From Octopus bimaculoides (lineage: Eukaryota): a stretch of 64,000 bases of DNA. Every line of letters begins with the position of its first letter. The first letter of the stretch is position 1. The notes under the pieces were generated by a model. That model saw only the letters and a program-made list of their open reading frames with translations, had not been told where the DNA came from and searched no databases. Location of the stretch: positions 6,574,736-6,638,735 of the forward strand of contig NC_068985.1 in the NCBI RefSeq assembly GCF_001194135.2, read 5' to 3'. Positions 12,411 to 25,117 of this stretch are shown piece after piece. The position numbers and the translations under genes are program-made.

Positions 12411-14364
12411 ACAATAAAACAATAATTCTTTATGACGTCAGTGACATTCTTAACACATAAGTTGATCGTAGTGTTTGTTGGGATGTCCCTCGAAGGAGAA
12501 GCGGTTGACGTCGTTTTCTCTCAGCTGAGAATGTCCAAATGTAAGTGGATTTGTAATATAGATATAAATGTATACGATACATCTAGAATATATAATTCTG
12601 AATGGTAGAAATAAATGTTTTAAATACATTCTAGATTTGAATTCCACTTAGGCTTAAACTTTGCGACATCCTTTGAAACACCCTGCAGAGAGANNNNNNN
12701 NNNNNNNNNNNNNNNNNNNNNNNNNNNNNNNNNNNNNNNNNNNNNNNNNNNNNNNNNNNNNNNNNNNNNNNNNNNNNNNNNNNNNNNNNNNNNNNNNNNN
12801 NNNNNNNNNNNNNNNNNNNNNNNNNNNNNNNNNNNNNNNNNNNNNNNNNNNNNNNNNNNNNNNNNNNNNNNNNNNNNNNNNNNNNNNNNNNNNNNNNNNN
12901 NNNNNNNNNNNNNNNNNNNNNNNNNNNNNNNNNNNNNNNNNNNNNNNNNNNNNNNNNNNNNNNNNNNNNNNNNNNNNNNNNNNNNNNNNNNNNNNNNNNN
13001 NNNNNNNNNNNNNNNNNNNNNNNNNNNNNNNNNNNNNNNNNNNNNNNNNNNNNNNNNNNNNNNNNNNNNNNNNNNNNNNNNNNNNNNNNNNNNNNNNNNN
13101 NNNNNNNNNTCTCCTCACCGTTTTCCTCCTCCTCAGCCCTCGTTCTTCTTTTACTGTCAGTTTTGCAAATAATAATTGTTTATTTTTGTTATTTTTCTTT
13201 AATATTCATTTTAGTTACTCGTTTCCTATTTAAGCAAAAAGAAAAAAAAAAGTTAATTTCCGGTGCTTTTGTTTCAAGATTCCCAAATGATTTCCAAAAG
13301 AAGAAATATTTACAGCATCTAAATATTACATTTTAATATTTTATCTTATGATTTGATAGCGTGTATTTGCATTTCATGGTATGAACTTACATTACAGATG
13401 CACAAATATATACATATCTATGTGTATGTGTGCATGTGTGTGCATGTGCGTGTGTATGTGTTCGTGTGCGTGCGTACGTGAACGCGCATGTGTGTATGTA
13501 TAGGTATGTACTGATGTGTTTAGCAAATGAAACTATCTCCGATTCTCTATCTTCTTATCCCAGTCTCGTTCTCAGTGTTACTCCCAATTGCTTGAGAGAA
13601 TTTTACCTTATGCTTGCAAACGACCCCCAGCACGGCGGGCGTGACATCGATGCGCCTTTCTCCACTCACAAAATTTACTGCCGGTTCCTCGGAGAGTTTT
13701 AGGATGGATAGGGGCGAACAGCATACAGATTTTGTGATGGACGAATTTAAGAGCTAGATTTCATAAGAGTCATTAAAGGTACATAGACATTGAGTGAGTG
13801 TATGAAACAAAAAGCAACAGACACAAAGAGATATTCATTCTCAAATACACATAAATATGCTTAATTTCCGCATCCTGATCTATTTCATTCTGATCTTTCA
13901 AAGCTGTGTCTGAATATTAATATTCTTATATTAATTTCTACATTTTCTATTGAAAATGCAAGGCTATCTTTTATATTTCTACTATATTGATACTATGCTG
14001 AATTGTATTATTTCTATGTGAATAGTATACAAGGACACACGCCTCCAGATATATGGATACATAAGTGTGTGTGTGCGTGCATGCTAGGTATGTCTTTCTT
14101 TTTTGAATGAAAGCGAATTATTTCTTCCTTGCTTCCGGTATTATTGGTAGACAAACATCCGTTTCCGTAGCTTTTCATCTGGCGGCCGAAAACGAGCCTT
14201 TCTGCTTATTTCCATGCAGGGATATGTGTAAGTTCATACGCATATGTTTCGAATGTTTAAATATATATATATATATATATATATATACAAACACACACAT
14301 ACACACTAATATGCACACACACACACACACACATATATATATACATACGTACATACATATACAT

Positions 14365-14403
<39 letters not shown>

Positions 14404-15324
14404 NNNNNNNNNNNNNNNNNNNNNNNNNNNNNNNNNNNNNNNNNNNNNNNNNNNNNNNNNNNNNNNNNNNNNNNNNNNNNNNNNNNNNNNNNNNNNNNNN
14501 NNNNNNNNNNNNNNNNNNNNNNNNNNNNNNNNNNNNNNNNNNNNNNNNNCACACACACACACACATATATATATACATATACATACATACATTCATTCAC
14601 AATTCTAAATGATTAATATAGATATACGGTTAATATGAGTGTGTTTGTAGGTTCTGTAAGTAGGTTGTTATAAAAGTACAGGAATTAATGAGAGTAAAAT
14701 GGCTGCGTATGTTGGGATTGATACATGTATGTATATACATATGTATGTACATTAGCGCAAGATAAATATAAGTGTATATATCCGTGTGTGTGCAAGAAAA
14801 TGTGTTGGTTTTCTAACTTCTCTTAATAACGTGAAAACTAACGATAATAAAGTCCATAGTAGTGATACCAAATATCTAAAATGAAATCTGCAAAGTGCCA
14901 AATTTTAGTACGTTACTGAGATGAAGAAGTGAGGAGATGTCATACGTTTTCTTTTGATGTGAAACCATGGTAAGCACAGAAGTATTTAATAGATAAAATT
15001 TATCTTTTTATGACATTGTTATCCTTGAATCTTTATTCTCGTGTTTCCTAAAATTCCAGTCGGCGCTGATGGGTTTGCGGTTTAAATCTGAATGAGTATG
15101 GTAATTCTTCGTTCTTTGTTTTGTTTCTCTTTGAAACGCAGTCGTGCTAATTGAGACAAATGCATGAGTCGCAATGTCTGTCGGCCTATGTCATCCATTA
15201 TGCGGAATGTAGGTCCTATTTCGAAGAACCGTCGACACGCTGAGGAATCTCTACACAAAATGTTTCTTTAGAACAGCATGTGTAAACGATTATATATATA
15301 TATATATGAACACATATCTTTTGT

Positions 15325-15540
15325 CTCTTATTTGTTCCAATCATTGAGCTGTGGCCATGCTCTAGCAGTGATATAGAGCAAATAAGCATCATTATTTTTT
15401 TAAGGCTTGGTATTAATATTCATTCTATCGGTCTTATATGCCGAACCGGTAAGTTAAGGGACGTAGATATACGACCACTGGCTGTCAAGCCGTGGTGGAG
15501 TTAACAAACCGCGCGCGCACACCAACGTACCCACACCTCC

Positions 15541-15571
<31 letters not shown>

Positions 15572-15718
15572 CGAAGGGGTTCTTTCAGTTTCCGTTTACC
15601 AGATCTACTCAGAAGCTTTGATTGGTCTGAGGCTAGAATAGAAAACACCTGACTAAGGTGCTGCACAGTGGGACTTACCTGAAACCTGGTGGTTCTAACC
15701 AAAGTGCCACGCCTACGT
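15325..15718 (-). mobile_element. SINE family B with internal (TA)n
   Basis: Reverse of family B 5' and 3' modules separated by (TA)n at 15543-15571. Confidence 0.75.
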
Positions 15719-16524
15719 CTCTATCAGTCGATGAGGATTCAGAAAGATGTACAATTATTGAACAGACGACATGTCAATGGAATTTCAGTTCTTTTTCTCG
15801 GTTACCTCATGCTTTCAAAAAACGCATTTAGCCTCTTCTACAATTTTTCAGTCTTTAGAAGATAATGTTTTCAAAGAAATGAAACAAATTCAAATAATTC
15901 TCGTTTTGGAATATATTATTCATTGTGAAATTCGTTTAACATATCGAAATATCTATCAGTACTTCGTTGCAAATTGTTTCAGAAAAATATAAAAAATAGT
16001 ATCGTATGCACAAATATTTTCATGCGTGTTATTTCCTGAGCTTGTGTATGCAGCGATTGGGCAGTTTACAATCGTATAAGAGATTGGAACCGTTGGAAAA
16101 TTGCAAAAACTCAATTACCAAATGGATATCCCTTGAAGCAGGTCATTTACACTTAGCAAAACACTAGCTATACAGCACTGTAATTACAGCGTAACCAAAA
16201 CACCGTGGTTGACTAGTCAAAGTATCTGCAGGTATTTCCATACGAATTTGCCGGTAAACTGTGTGTGAATATCTGACATGCTGTATTACCATTCTTAAAA
16301 ATATGGTGACATGTGATACCATCTTGAAGGTAAAAATATATAATGGGGGCATTATTCAGTACTAGTATTGCTACAAATAAGAGTAAAAAAACAGCTCACA
16401 ACCTCAATAACGCACCGTCTTATTTAGTGCCAAGGGAGGCAAGCTCCTTAAGCACCGGGCATAGCCAGATCACTAGTGATTTCGCATTTACGTTAATGCT
16501 CGTCAGTGGCTCTCATATACATAG

Positions 16525-16838
16525 AAAGGGTAAAGACCCACTTCGTTCATTAATGACTACGAGATTGCACCTCAAAAGTTACCCTCCGAGACCAGCAGTC
16601 ACCCATGCATACCGGCCTCCCCTCTCCACACCACCGATGTTATCAAAGGGAAAGGCAAAGGGGCCGATACGGATTAGCACCAGTGACGTCGTAACTCATT
16701 TCTACTCTTGAGAGAACTGGAACAACGTAAAACAAATTGTGTTGCTCAAGACTATAACGCACAGCTCGGTCCGGGAATCCAGCTGACTCATTTATGATAG
16801 AACCAGCGCTGTAACCACTGAGCCATGCACCTTCACAC
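16525..16838 (-). mobile_element. tRNA-derived SINE family C
   Basis: Minus head GGTGCATGGCTCAGTGGTTACAGCG (A-box-like), body GTCTTGAGCAACAC, tail ending GGGTCTTTACCCTTT. Confidence 0.7.
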
Positions 16839-17585
16839 ACACGCGCAGATATATGAAAATGAAAATGAACAATAAAGTTACGTGAGAATAATCTCTAAAA
16901 AATGGTTTATGTATACAATGTTGGAATAGGTATTTCGCATCGATTTTAAATACGTACGATGCCCTTCATCATTACTGTTCGTAGTTAAAGGATGTATCTA
17001 ATAATCTGCACTTCCAGCATCCTTTTCACCATCGAGATGCAAATATTTGGCTATTGCACAATCCAATAGATTTGGCAATTATCATTCGCTTTCTTGTCCG
17101 ATAATAATGCCACCCTATATTTAAATGCATATGCTAAGTAATAATCCTTACATCAGAGGTACTGATTCAGACTATAGCTTTACTGAGTACAATCTTTATC
17201 CATCGCCCAGCCATTTAAATCATTTCTTCCTGGTTGTAATGTTAAATGATTTAATGATTGTTACATCGATGGTGAATGGTCACTAAGCACTGAAAACCAT
17301 TCCTAATAGAAGGAATAATTATAGATGACTGTACTTCTGGATGAGTCTCAACTTAGAATTAAATATTTTTTTTATTCAATGCAATCTATTCTCATGTGTA
17401 AATCGCTTGTCATTCAAAATATTATAAACGACTGATCTGAATCGAATTGCCACCGAAAAAATATATTTGGCTTCTTATCCTTTCGAAAACAAATAATTAA
17501 TGAATCCCTTATGGTCTGAGGCCAATCCACACTGCCGCTTTTCTCCTCATTCTCTCTCTCCCTCTCATGTGTACACTGTGCTATC

Positions 17586-17839
17586 TTATTTCTCTACTGC
17601 CCACAAGGGACTAAACATAGAGGGGGCAGACAAGGACAGAATAAAGGATTAAGTCGATTATCGGGGGAGGGTGCCAGTCAATTATATCAACTCCAGTGCA
17701 CAACTGGTGCTTATTTAATCGACTTCGAAAGGATGAAAGCCAAAGTCGACCTCGGCGGGATTTGAATTCAGAACGTAACGGCAGACGAAATACCGCTAAG
17801 CATTTAGCCCGACGAGCTAACGTTTCTGCCAGCTCGCCG
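17586..17839 (-). mobile_element. SINE family A with chimeric tail (A start followed by B)
   Basis: Full head and core; on minus strand GATATAATTGACTGGCACCCTCCCCC is followed by GATAATCGACTTAATCC and tail B. Confidence 0.85.
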
Positions 17840-19904
17840 CGTTGTCGTGTCGTTCGCAAAAACAGACTCAATAGATAGCAGTGTGGTAGCTGCTCTACTA
17901 AGTACGTCACTCCGAACGGCAAGTTGAGTAGTATGCAAGCGATCCTTTTCGTCTTGATCTCTTTTGCTATCTTGACTAACGAGAGACAAGTCACAATATT
18001 TATATGCCATCCGGTGATGAAGCGCATGCTTGAAATATCAATGTTACTGTTGTGTATTTGCTTTTGCAAGAGTCCTGATGTGCAATCGTGTGTTGAAACA
18101 GATATTGTTATATGCTTTAGCATGAATTTTTACCAGCATGTCTCTCGACAATTGTTCAGATGAAAACTGTGTTTAATGTCCTACATATTTGAACCTCATA
18201 AGTGAATCAATACCTCACATCAATGCCAATGAACTAGGATCGAAAGTAGAGTTCTATCAATAAGATCAATGATATAAATTCAATCAAGGCTGACCGGATA
18301 TTCGAAATTGCTTGTTTTCTTTTTAATTTCCTACTTTATTTGTAAATTCATTCGATATTACACAACGAAGCCTCTAGTTGAGATAGTGATGCAGGAGTTA
18401 AGCCATACTTAATTCTCTACTGCTTTATCTGGTTTGCTTCAATTTGTTACCCACACATGAAAGAAATACTGGAGATGGCTCTTTTGTAGTGATGTAGAAG
18501 CCATAATGAAAAATGATATTATATTTCATAACGAGATTTAATTTAATTTAAAACTTCCTATACTGCAGAAACGGAAGCAACATGCTGTTACATCGTTTAA
18601 TGCAGGAGTGTCTGAGGTAATGTATCTGGTGGTGATATAGTGGTAGTAATGTTTGTTTTAATATCGATGATAAATAAGTGGTGTTGTTTCTACTTATGGC
18701 TTCGAAGTTTGGAGAGGGAGATATATGACAAAGGGTGTGGTTATATGTTTTGGTGGGTGAAGGCTGTATGGTAGGTAGTCACTGTTAGACTGCAGCATTA
18801 TGCCTCAGCGTGTTTGTGATAATTGAAATTCTGAAGTAAAACCTGTATTGAATAAAGTAGTAAATGGAATAAAACAAAACTACATTTCATAAGAGACAAT
18901 TCAAAAAGAAATTAGCGCCCTTCCTATTCACACAAAATACAGAAAAAATAATTTCGAATAGAACGTATAAAGTCATACAGAATTTAATGATTCAATTAAT
19001 TTTACATCTGTGCAATGCCTATAATAATATTTGGTCAATAAGCTTTTCAAAAGCAATTTCCGATCCATAATTATCAAATGCATTTAATTTTCCTAGGTGT
19101 GATTTCTGTTTGTTTGTTCCCTCGTTTTGTTCGTTCTGCCATTTTAATTGTATATTTGTTTGACATTTTAAAAATGTATGTGCCTATTTATGTATATATT
19201 TCTGTTTTATTTACAAAAATGAAATCGCAAAATCAAGTTATTAACAGTAGTATAGAATGATGTTTGCTGAATCACGCACGAGTGGTTGCTTCCTTAAAGT
19301 TCGTTACCTATAATAATACATTTTCCTTTTGTTTATATACATTTTTGCAATGATGTTGTTTTCTATAGTTTGCACAATAAGCGGATACTATTCACTCCCC
19401 TGTGCAGGTATTCTCTTATATATGGTATTTTACACTCTCCTATACACCTCTCTACCTAACACTGGGTTATACAGCATCGCACACTATTGGCAAAATTGTT
19501 CCTCCAATGCTTCTATATATTTTTTGTCCATGTCTATTCATTCTAATCTGTTTCATATTTCCCTCCCAATCTCTCACGCTCTGTCTCTCTATTCAATAAG
19601 TCTTTGTCCTTTGCTTTGCAATTGAACAAGTATGTGTGTTTATTCTTCAACATTTTTTTTTTCATTCAAGCATTCATTCATTCTGGACAAAATCTGTGTC
19701 TAAGATACCTGATTATCAACATCTTTTTTCTCTAATCCATTATAAGTTTAACAATAGCCGCGTCACTCAGATTCTTGACTCTCTATCTTTAACGGACACA
19801 CAAAGAAAACCATCACTTGCCTTCTATGACTGACTCCCGATCTAATTTACTACACTTTAACAAATTATTATGATTATTATTATCAGTATTAATGTTATTA
19901 TTAT

Positions 19905-20376
19905 TATTCAGTAGTTTTAATTTTATAACGTGCTTTCACTTCACTACCGAGCGCAGCTCTGTGTGCCTTGGGTATGTGCTATGGTTTGCTGTGATGCTCT
20001 TATGGTTACTGTATTGAAAGTCTTTTGCGTAGAACGTGTGCCGTACCCAGTAGTGCAATTTTCTGTATGTTATATATATTTGTAAGTCCTGCTATTTTTG
20101 TTATGTATTTGTCTGAATATTTTTTTTATTATACCTAAGGCACCTACTATGACAGGAATTGTTTCTGTTTTTAGATTCTACATTCGAGTTACCTCTATTT
20201 CCAGGTCTTTGTATTTCGAAAGTTTCTCCATTTCTTTTAGGGAAACGTTGTCATCTGCTGGTATTGATACATCAATTCGAAAGCATTTTTTCCTTCATGA
20301 TCTTTGACAACTATATCTGGCCAATTGACCTTAATTTCTCTCTTCTGTGTGTATTGGCATATCCCAGAGTATGGTT
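19905..20376 (-). mobile_element. R4/Dong-like non-LTR retrotransposon 3' end (restriction-like endonuclease) in (TAA)n
   Basis: Minus: REIKVNWPDIVVKDHE (PD motif), LSKYKDLEIEVTRM, KIALLGTAHV; TAA-repeat flanks on both sides. Confidence 0.85.
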
Positions 20377-20859
20377 ATTATTATTATTATTTTATGTTTG
20401 ACTTTCGTTTTGCATTTGTACANNNNNNNNNNNNNNNNNNNNNNNNNNNNNNNNNNNNNNNNNNNNNNNNNNNNNNNNNNNNNNNNNNNNNNNNNNNNNN
20501 NNNNNNNNNNNNNNNNNNNNNNNNNNNNNNNNNNNNNNNNNNNNNNNNNNNNNNNNNNNNNNNNNNNNNNNNNNNNNNNNNNNNNNNNNNNNNNNNNNNN
20601 NNNNNNNNNNNNNNNNNNNNNNNNNNNNNNNNNNNNNNNNNNNNNNNNNNNNNNNNNNNNNNNNNNNNNNNNNNNNNNNNNNNNNNNNNNNNNNNNNNNN
20701 NNNNNNNNNNNNNNNNNNNNNNNNNNNNNNNNNNNNNNNNNNNNNNNNNNNNNNNNNNNNNNNNNNNNNNNNNNNNNNNNNNNNNNNNNNNNNNNNNNNN
20801 NNNNNNNNNNNNNNNNNNNNNNNNNNNNNNNNNNNNNNNNNNNNNNNNNNNNNNNNNNN

Positions 20860-20874
20860 TGCTAATTATTATTA

Positions 20875-20938
<64 letters not shown>

Positions 20939-20985
20939 CATTATTATCATTATTATTATCATTATTATTATTATCATTATTATTA
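20860..20985. repeat. (TTA)n/(TCA)n microsatellite next to gap
   Basis: Directly visible. Confidence 0.95.
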
Positions 20986-21800
20986 GTATTATACACTCAA
21001 TGGAAAAGTATTTTAACATCGGGTCAACAACAAGTAACGTTGGATGCCAAAAACGCTGCACTTAGATTACAGCAAGCAACCTTAGATGCCAAGAACCCTC
21101 CTAAGTCTCCTAACTGTCCCTAATAACACTGTTTTCTGCAGCTCTACTAAACTGGGTTTTATGCCTATTTCTTCTATCCATCTTTTCAGATATTTAAGGA
21201 TAGTTCCCAACGCACATATTAGTACTGGGATACATTTTACCTGCCCTGGCCAATTCAATAGCTAGTTCCTAGTACTTAGCTATTTTCCGTATACTTCTCT
21301 TTTCTGTATACTTCTTATATTAAGCCAATATAAAGCGTTCGCTCTCTACCTTTAGCTCTGAGCTCCGTAGCCACTGACGGGTGTGATTTTGGTCTACATC
21401 AGCTTGTTTGTTACAGGCCACAGTTTTTGCCATGCAAAGGCTTTTGTTCCCACCTATCAGCCAATTGTTCAAACGCATTTTGCTTTGCTATTGATTTCAC
21501 CTTCTTTGCAACTATGGATGCAGCACTTCCATCATACTGTTCAACATGGATATTATGCATAAACTTACTTGAAAATATGTTGCTCTCCTTAATAACAGAA
21601 TGAAGCAGTTTTACATATTTCATGGTTTTCAACGGACTTTAGCATCCAGTCGTTAGATGTTACAAGACATTTTGCTAGTCCAATTGTGGTGGCTTTTAGG
21701 AGATTTCAAATAGGAACAAGCCTCGACCTCCTTGAGCTCTGGGTAGGCAAAGATGATATGCGTTTGCTTTTGGGTGGTGCATCTTATTGCAAATCAATCA
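20986..21800 (-). mobile_element. R4/Dong-like fragment, internally deleted or chimeric
   Basis: Minus: CNKMHHPKA, LPRAQGGRGL, EQLADRWEQKPLHGK, QWLRSSELKVESERFILA, then a direct jump to the C-terminus KIAKY..ELAIEL and LQKTVLLGTVRRLRRVL; ends in TAA tail. Confidence 0.82.
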
Positions 21801-21922
21801 TGACTAGTTTTATATTCTACAAGTGCAGAATATAAAACCTCATTGTGTGTGACGTTAGCATAATAGTTCCGGATGAAAAGATACTGATCTTGAGGCATTA
21901 GCTTGATAGTTCCGGTTGAGCA

Positions 21923-21923
<1 letters not shown>

Positions 21924-21959
<36 letters not shown>

Positions 21960-21983
21960 GTAGTAGTAGTAGTAGTAGTAGTA
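21924..21983. repeat. Palindromic (CTA)n-(GTA)n trinucleotide repeat
   Basis: (CTA)12 abuts (GTA)8 around centre CTAG 21957-21960. Confidence 0.9.
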
Positions 21984-22018
21984 TTTTTATTATTATCTTC
22001 ATCATCATCATCATTATT

Positions 22019-22137
22019 AAGACAGCGAGCTGGCAGAACTTTTAGTGCGCCGGTCAAAGTGCATGTCGGCATTTCGTCCGTCTATATGCTTTGAGTTCAA
22101 ATTCCGCCGAGGTCATTACCTTTCATTCTTTCGATGC
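22019..22137 (+). mobile_element. SINE family A, head and partial core
   Basis: CGAGCTGGCAGAAC...GAGTTCAAATTCCGCCGAGGTC. Confidence 0.8.
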
Positions 22138-22461
22138 TTCGTTATGATTCATATTATTATTATTATTATTATCATTATTATTATTATTAGTAGTAGTTGT
22201 TGTTGTTGTTGTTGTAGCAGTAGTAGTAAATTCGTTCACACACAGAAATCTATAACAAGTAAAACGCGTAAACAACAATTTATTCAAACACAGTTCATTA
22301 AAATTATGTTAGCAGCTCCCAATACCTGATTCGCATTCTTAATTAAATCTAAATACATTGATGAATCGCACAAGACATTTACTAATACAACACAATTTCT
22401 TTACGTGCCACTTTTTTCTATAATACCTTTCTTTCTTTCATTGTATATATGGATTTGTTTG

Positions 22462-22493
<32 letters not shown>

Positions 22494-22625
22494 CATGTGT
22501 GTGTGCATGTGTGCGTGTGTGAATATATATATATATATATATATAATATAAATGATATATAAATATATGCATATATCCATACATATATGTACATACCTAC
22601 ATCTATATGTTTACATACCTTCATA

Positions 22626-22920
22626 TATGGGTACAGGACATCAAAAAAACAACTTTAAACGCGATGAGAAACGAAAACATAGAAACGAAAACAAAAACGA
22701 ACTTTGTTCATACAACGAAAATAACAAATAAAGAAACGAGACATGCAATATAAAGTGTATACCCCTTCGTCAGTTGTCTCTGTTTCATCTACTTCTCGTT
22801 TCGAAGGCAAGGGCAATACGCGACTTCGTTGGAACAGTCCTTCCCGCAAAGCAAATTAGATAAAATTTGGGATATTTTGCGGAGGGTGAAAGTGTTAACA
22901 AGAACAGGACAGGGAGAACA
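22626..22920. repeat. Dispersed repeat family E (longest copy)
   Basis: ATGGGTACAGGACATC start after CATA repeat; AAATGAGAAACG-like and CCCTTC(G/A)TCAGTT motifs shared with 26770-26940. Confidence 0.6.
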
Positions 22921-22967
22921 AGACATATTATCATATGATCGAACGCCTCGGAACCTTTTCCAAATAA

Positions 22968-23004
<37 letters not shown>

Positions 23005-23019
23005 GAGGCGCATGGGATA

Positions 23020-25040
23020 TTGGGATATGATACGACATTCAAAGGCAATCTGGATTCATTTTAAGCCTTTGCCGCCTTCTTTTCGTTCTAGGTAGAGGTG
23101 ATCTACGTCACAGTTGATGTGAAAATTGTGTGTCGTTTACTATTTTCCGGGTTTTCACATGAATGGATCGGATCTCTTTAAGCGTTCAATCAAGTAGCCC
23201 AAATGGTATGAGTACAGGCACTGTGAAAACACAGGTTTACTGAATGTAGAGAGTTACAAGGTCCAAAGTTTCTTCATTCGGTTGTAAATTCTTTACTGGT
23301 ACGTTTTTGGTTACAGGTGCCTTTGTAAGATGTTTTCACTCACCCCAACGTACCTGTAACATTACTTCATAGATACAAGGTAAACAGTTAAGTCATTGAT
23401 GAAGATGTTAGTCTGTTTTAAAGTTTTCTCCCTTTTCACACCCATATAGCAACATTTATGACCATACTTCATCCCTACATCCTTTGAGATTGTTGTAACC
23501 AGGTCAAAGGTCTGGTTCATCTCATACGTATCCTTTGCATATAATTTCAAGTCATCCACCAATAAACAGTGTGTAAGTTTGATGTTTCTATTTAATTGTG
23601 AACCAGTGAGATTCCCTTCAGACTTCCTTAACATGAATGACGAAGGGTTTACAGAAAATATAAACTACATCACAGAAAGTCTGTCCCCTTGGAATATAAC
23701 ACTGTTGTACCGTATTCTATCAGTGACTATACAATCTCTCCTTGTATTTAACTTCAAGATAGTGGCCTACGAGGAAGTCAGGTCAGCTATGGGATGGACT
23801 ATGCTCACTCAAACTTTAGCATGTCAAAGGTCTTCTAGTATCCATAAGTGGTTAACAGATTCAAAGGCTTTTTTGTAGTCCAATATCACATTGAAATGAG
23901 ATTCCTACTCTGCTCTCAAACATCTGACATTACAGTTTTGTTTATTAACAGTTGCTCGGCTCATCCCTAAACTCCCTTCATCTCAGCTTCTTGTTCTGCT
24001 GTGATGGTGTTATTACTTTAACAATGGCGGTGCATCAGCATGTCCGCAGCTCTCAGCTGAAACTACATTAAAAAAATGATGTTGGAGGAAGGGGTTTAAA
24101 CATGCTCTCTATATTTTATACTTTAATATCTGGCATGCAATTGTCCGGTAGGTTATACATGTGGGTGGTTATACACTTAGGGTTCAATTTTGTTTCTGCC
24201 AGAGCTAACATGTATGCTATGCTGCTGTTCCCATTGAGAGCTTGGTTGCCAAGATTTGGTCGGTAGAAATTATCTTCTACCAGTATCCAACAATCAAGCC
24301 TATTTTAGGTACTATTCTATCCTGAATTTTCCCAATCACAATTACAACAGCATCACCATGAATGGTGTGTGTATTGGATGTAATGCATGGACAGTATCTG
24401 CTTCGAAATTCTTTCAGCCGCAGAACATCTTGGTTAAACTCTTTCTCTTCACTCCCGATTTTCCTCCAGAAAGACTATATATTCTCGTGAATGAGCTTCT
24501 GTGATGTTCATTGCTCCTCCTCTCATATCTCCGCACACTGCTGCCTGGTTCCGGTTAAATTCTTTGCTTATTTCTTTACTCGGGATTATTCTATTCTGTT
24601 GTCGGAGTTTCTCACTGACTGCTTTTAGCTCCTGTTTGAGGTGAGGTTGATCAGCTTGCAAGCGAGCGTCCTCCGTTTGCTATCTCCAAACATCACTTCT
24701 ATCTCCTACATTTTCTTTTGGTGAGACGTGTTGTGATTTGCTTATTTGCATGCAATAAGCATAATCACATGGCTGATGGTCTCCCGTAAATCAGTTATCT
24801 TTTTTTCTATCTTCAAAACCCATGATGGCAATTTCTTCGTTGTTTCGGTTTTCTTCACTTTTTACAAGAGTAGAAACTGCATATAGACAGGAGTTAATCT
24901 TCAAGAATGTGGGTTCATTACGCTGCTGTAAATCCTCCTCTTCGTTAACAGCTTTTAATACCGTGTCTAGTGGTTTTCTACTTACTCTGGTAGAAAAGTT
25001 ATTTTTTATCGCAAACTTTCAGTAAGGGCACATTTCACCG
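23020..25040 (-). mobile_element. R4-like non-LTR retrotransposon, N-terminal region plus RT, degenerate
   Basis: Minus: KINSCLYAVSTLV, LKQELKAVSEKLRQQNR, THCLLVDDLKLYAK (RT catalytic DD), CDVDHLYLERKEGGKGL. Confidence 0.82.
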
Positions 25041-25049
25041 GCATATAAA

Positions 25050-25058
25050 CCCGACTAT

Positions 25059-25117
<59 letters not shown>
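25050..25117. repeat. (TAC)n microsatellite
   Basis: Directly visible. Confidence 0.95.
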
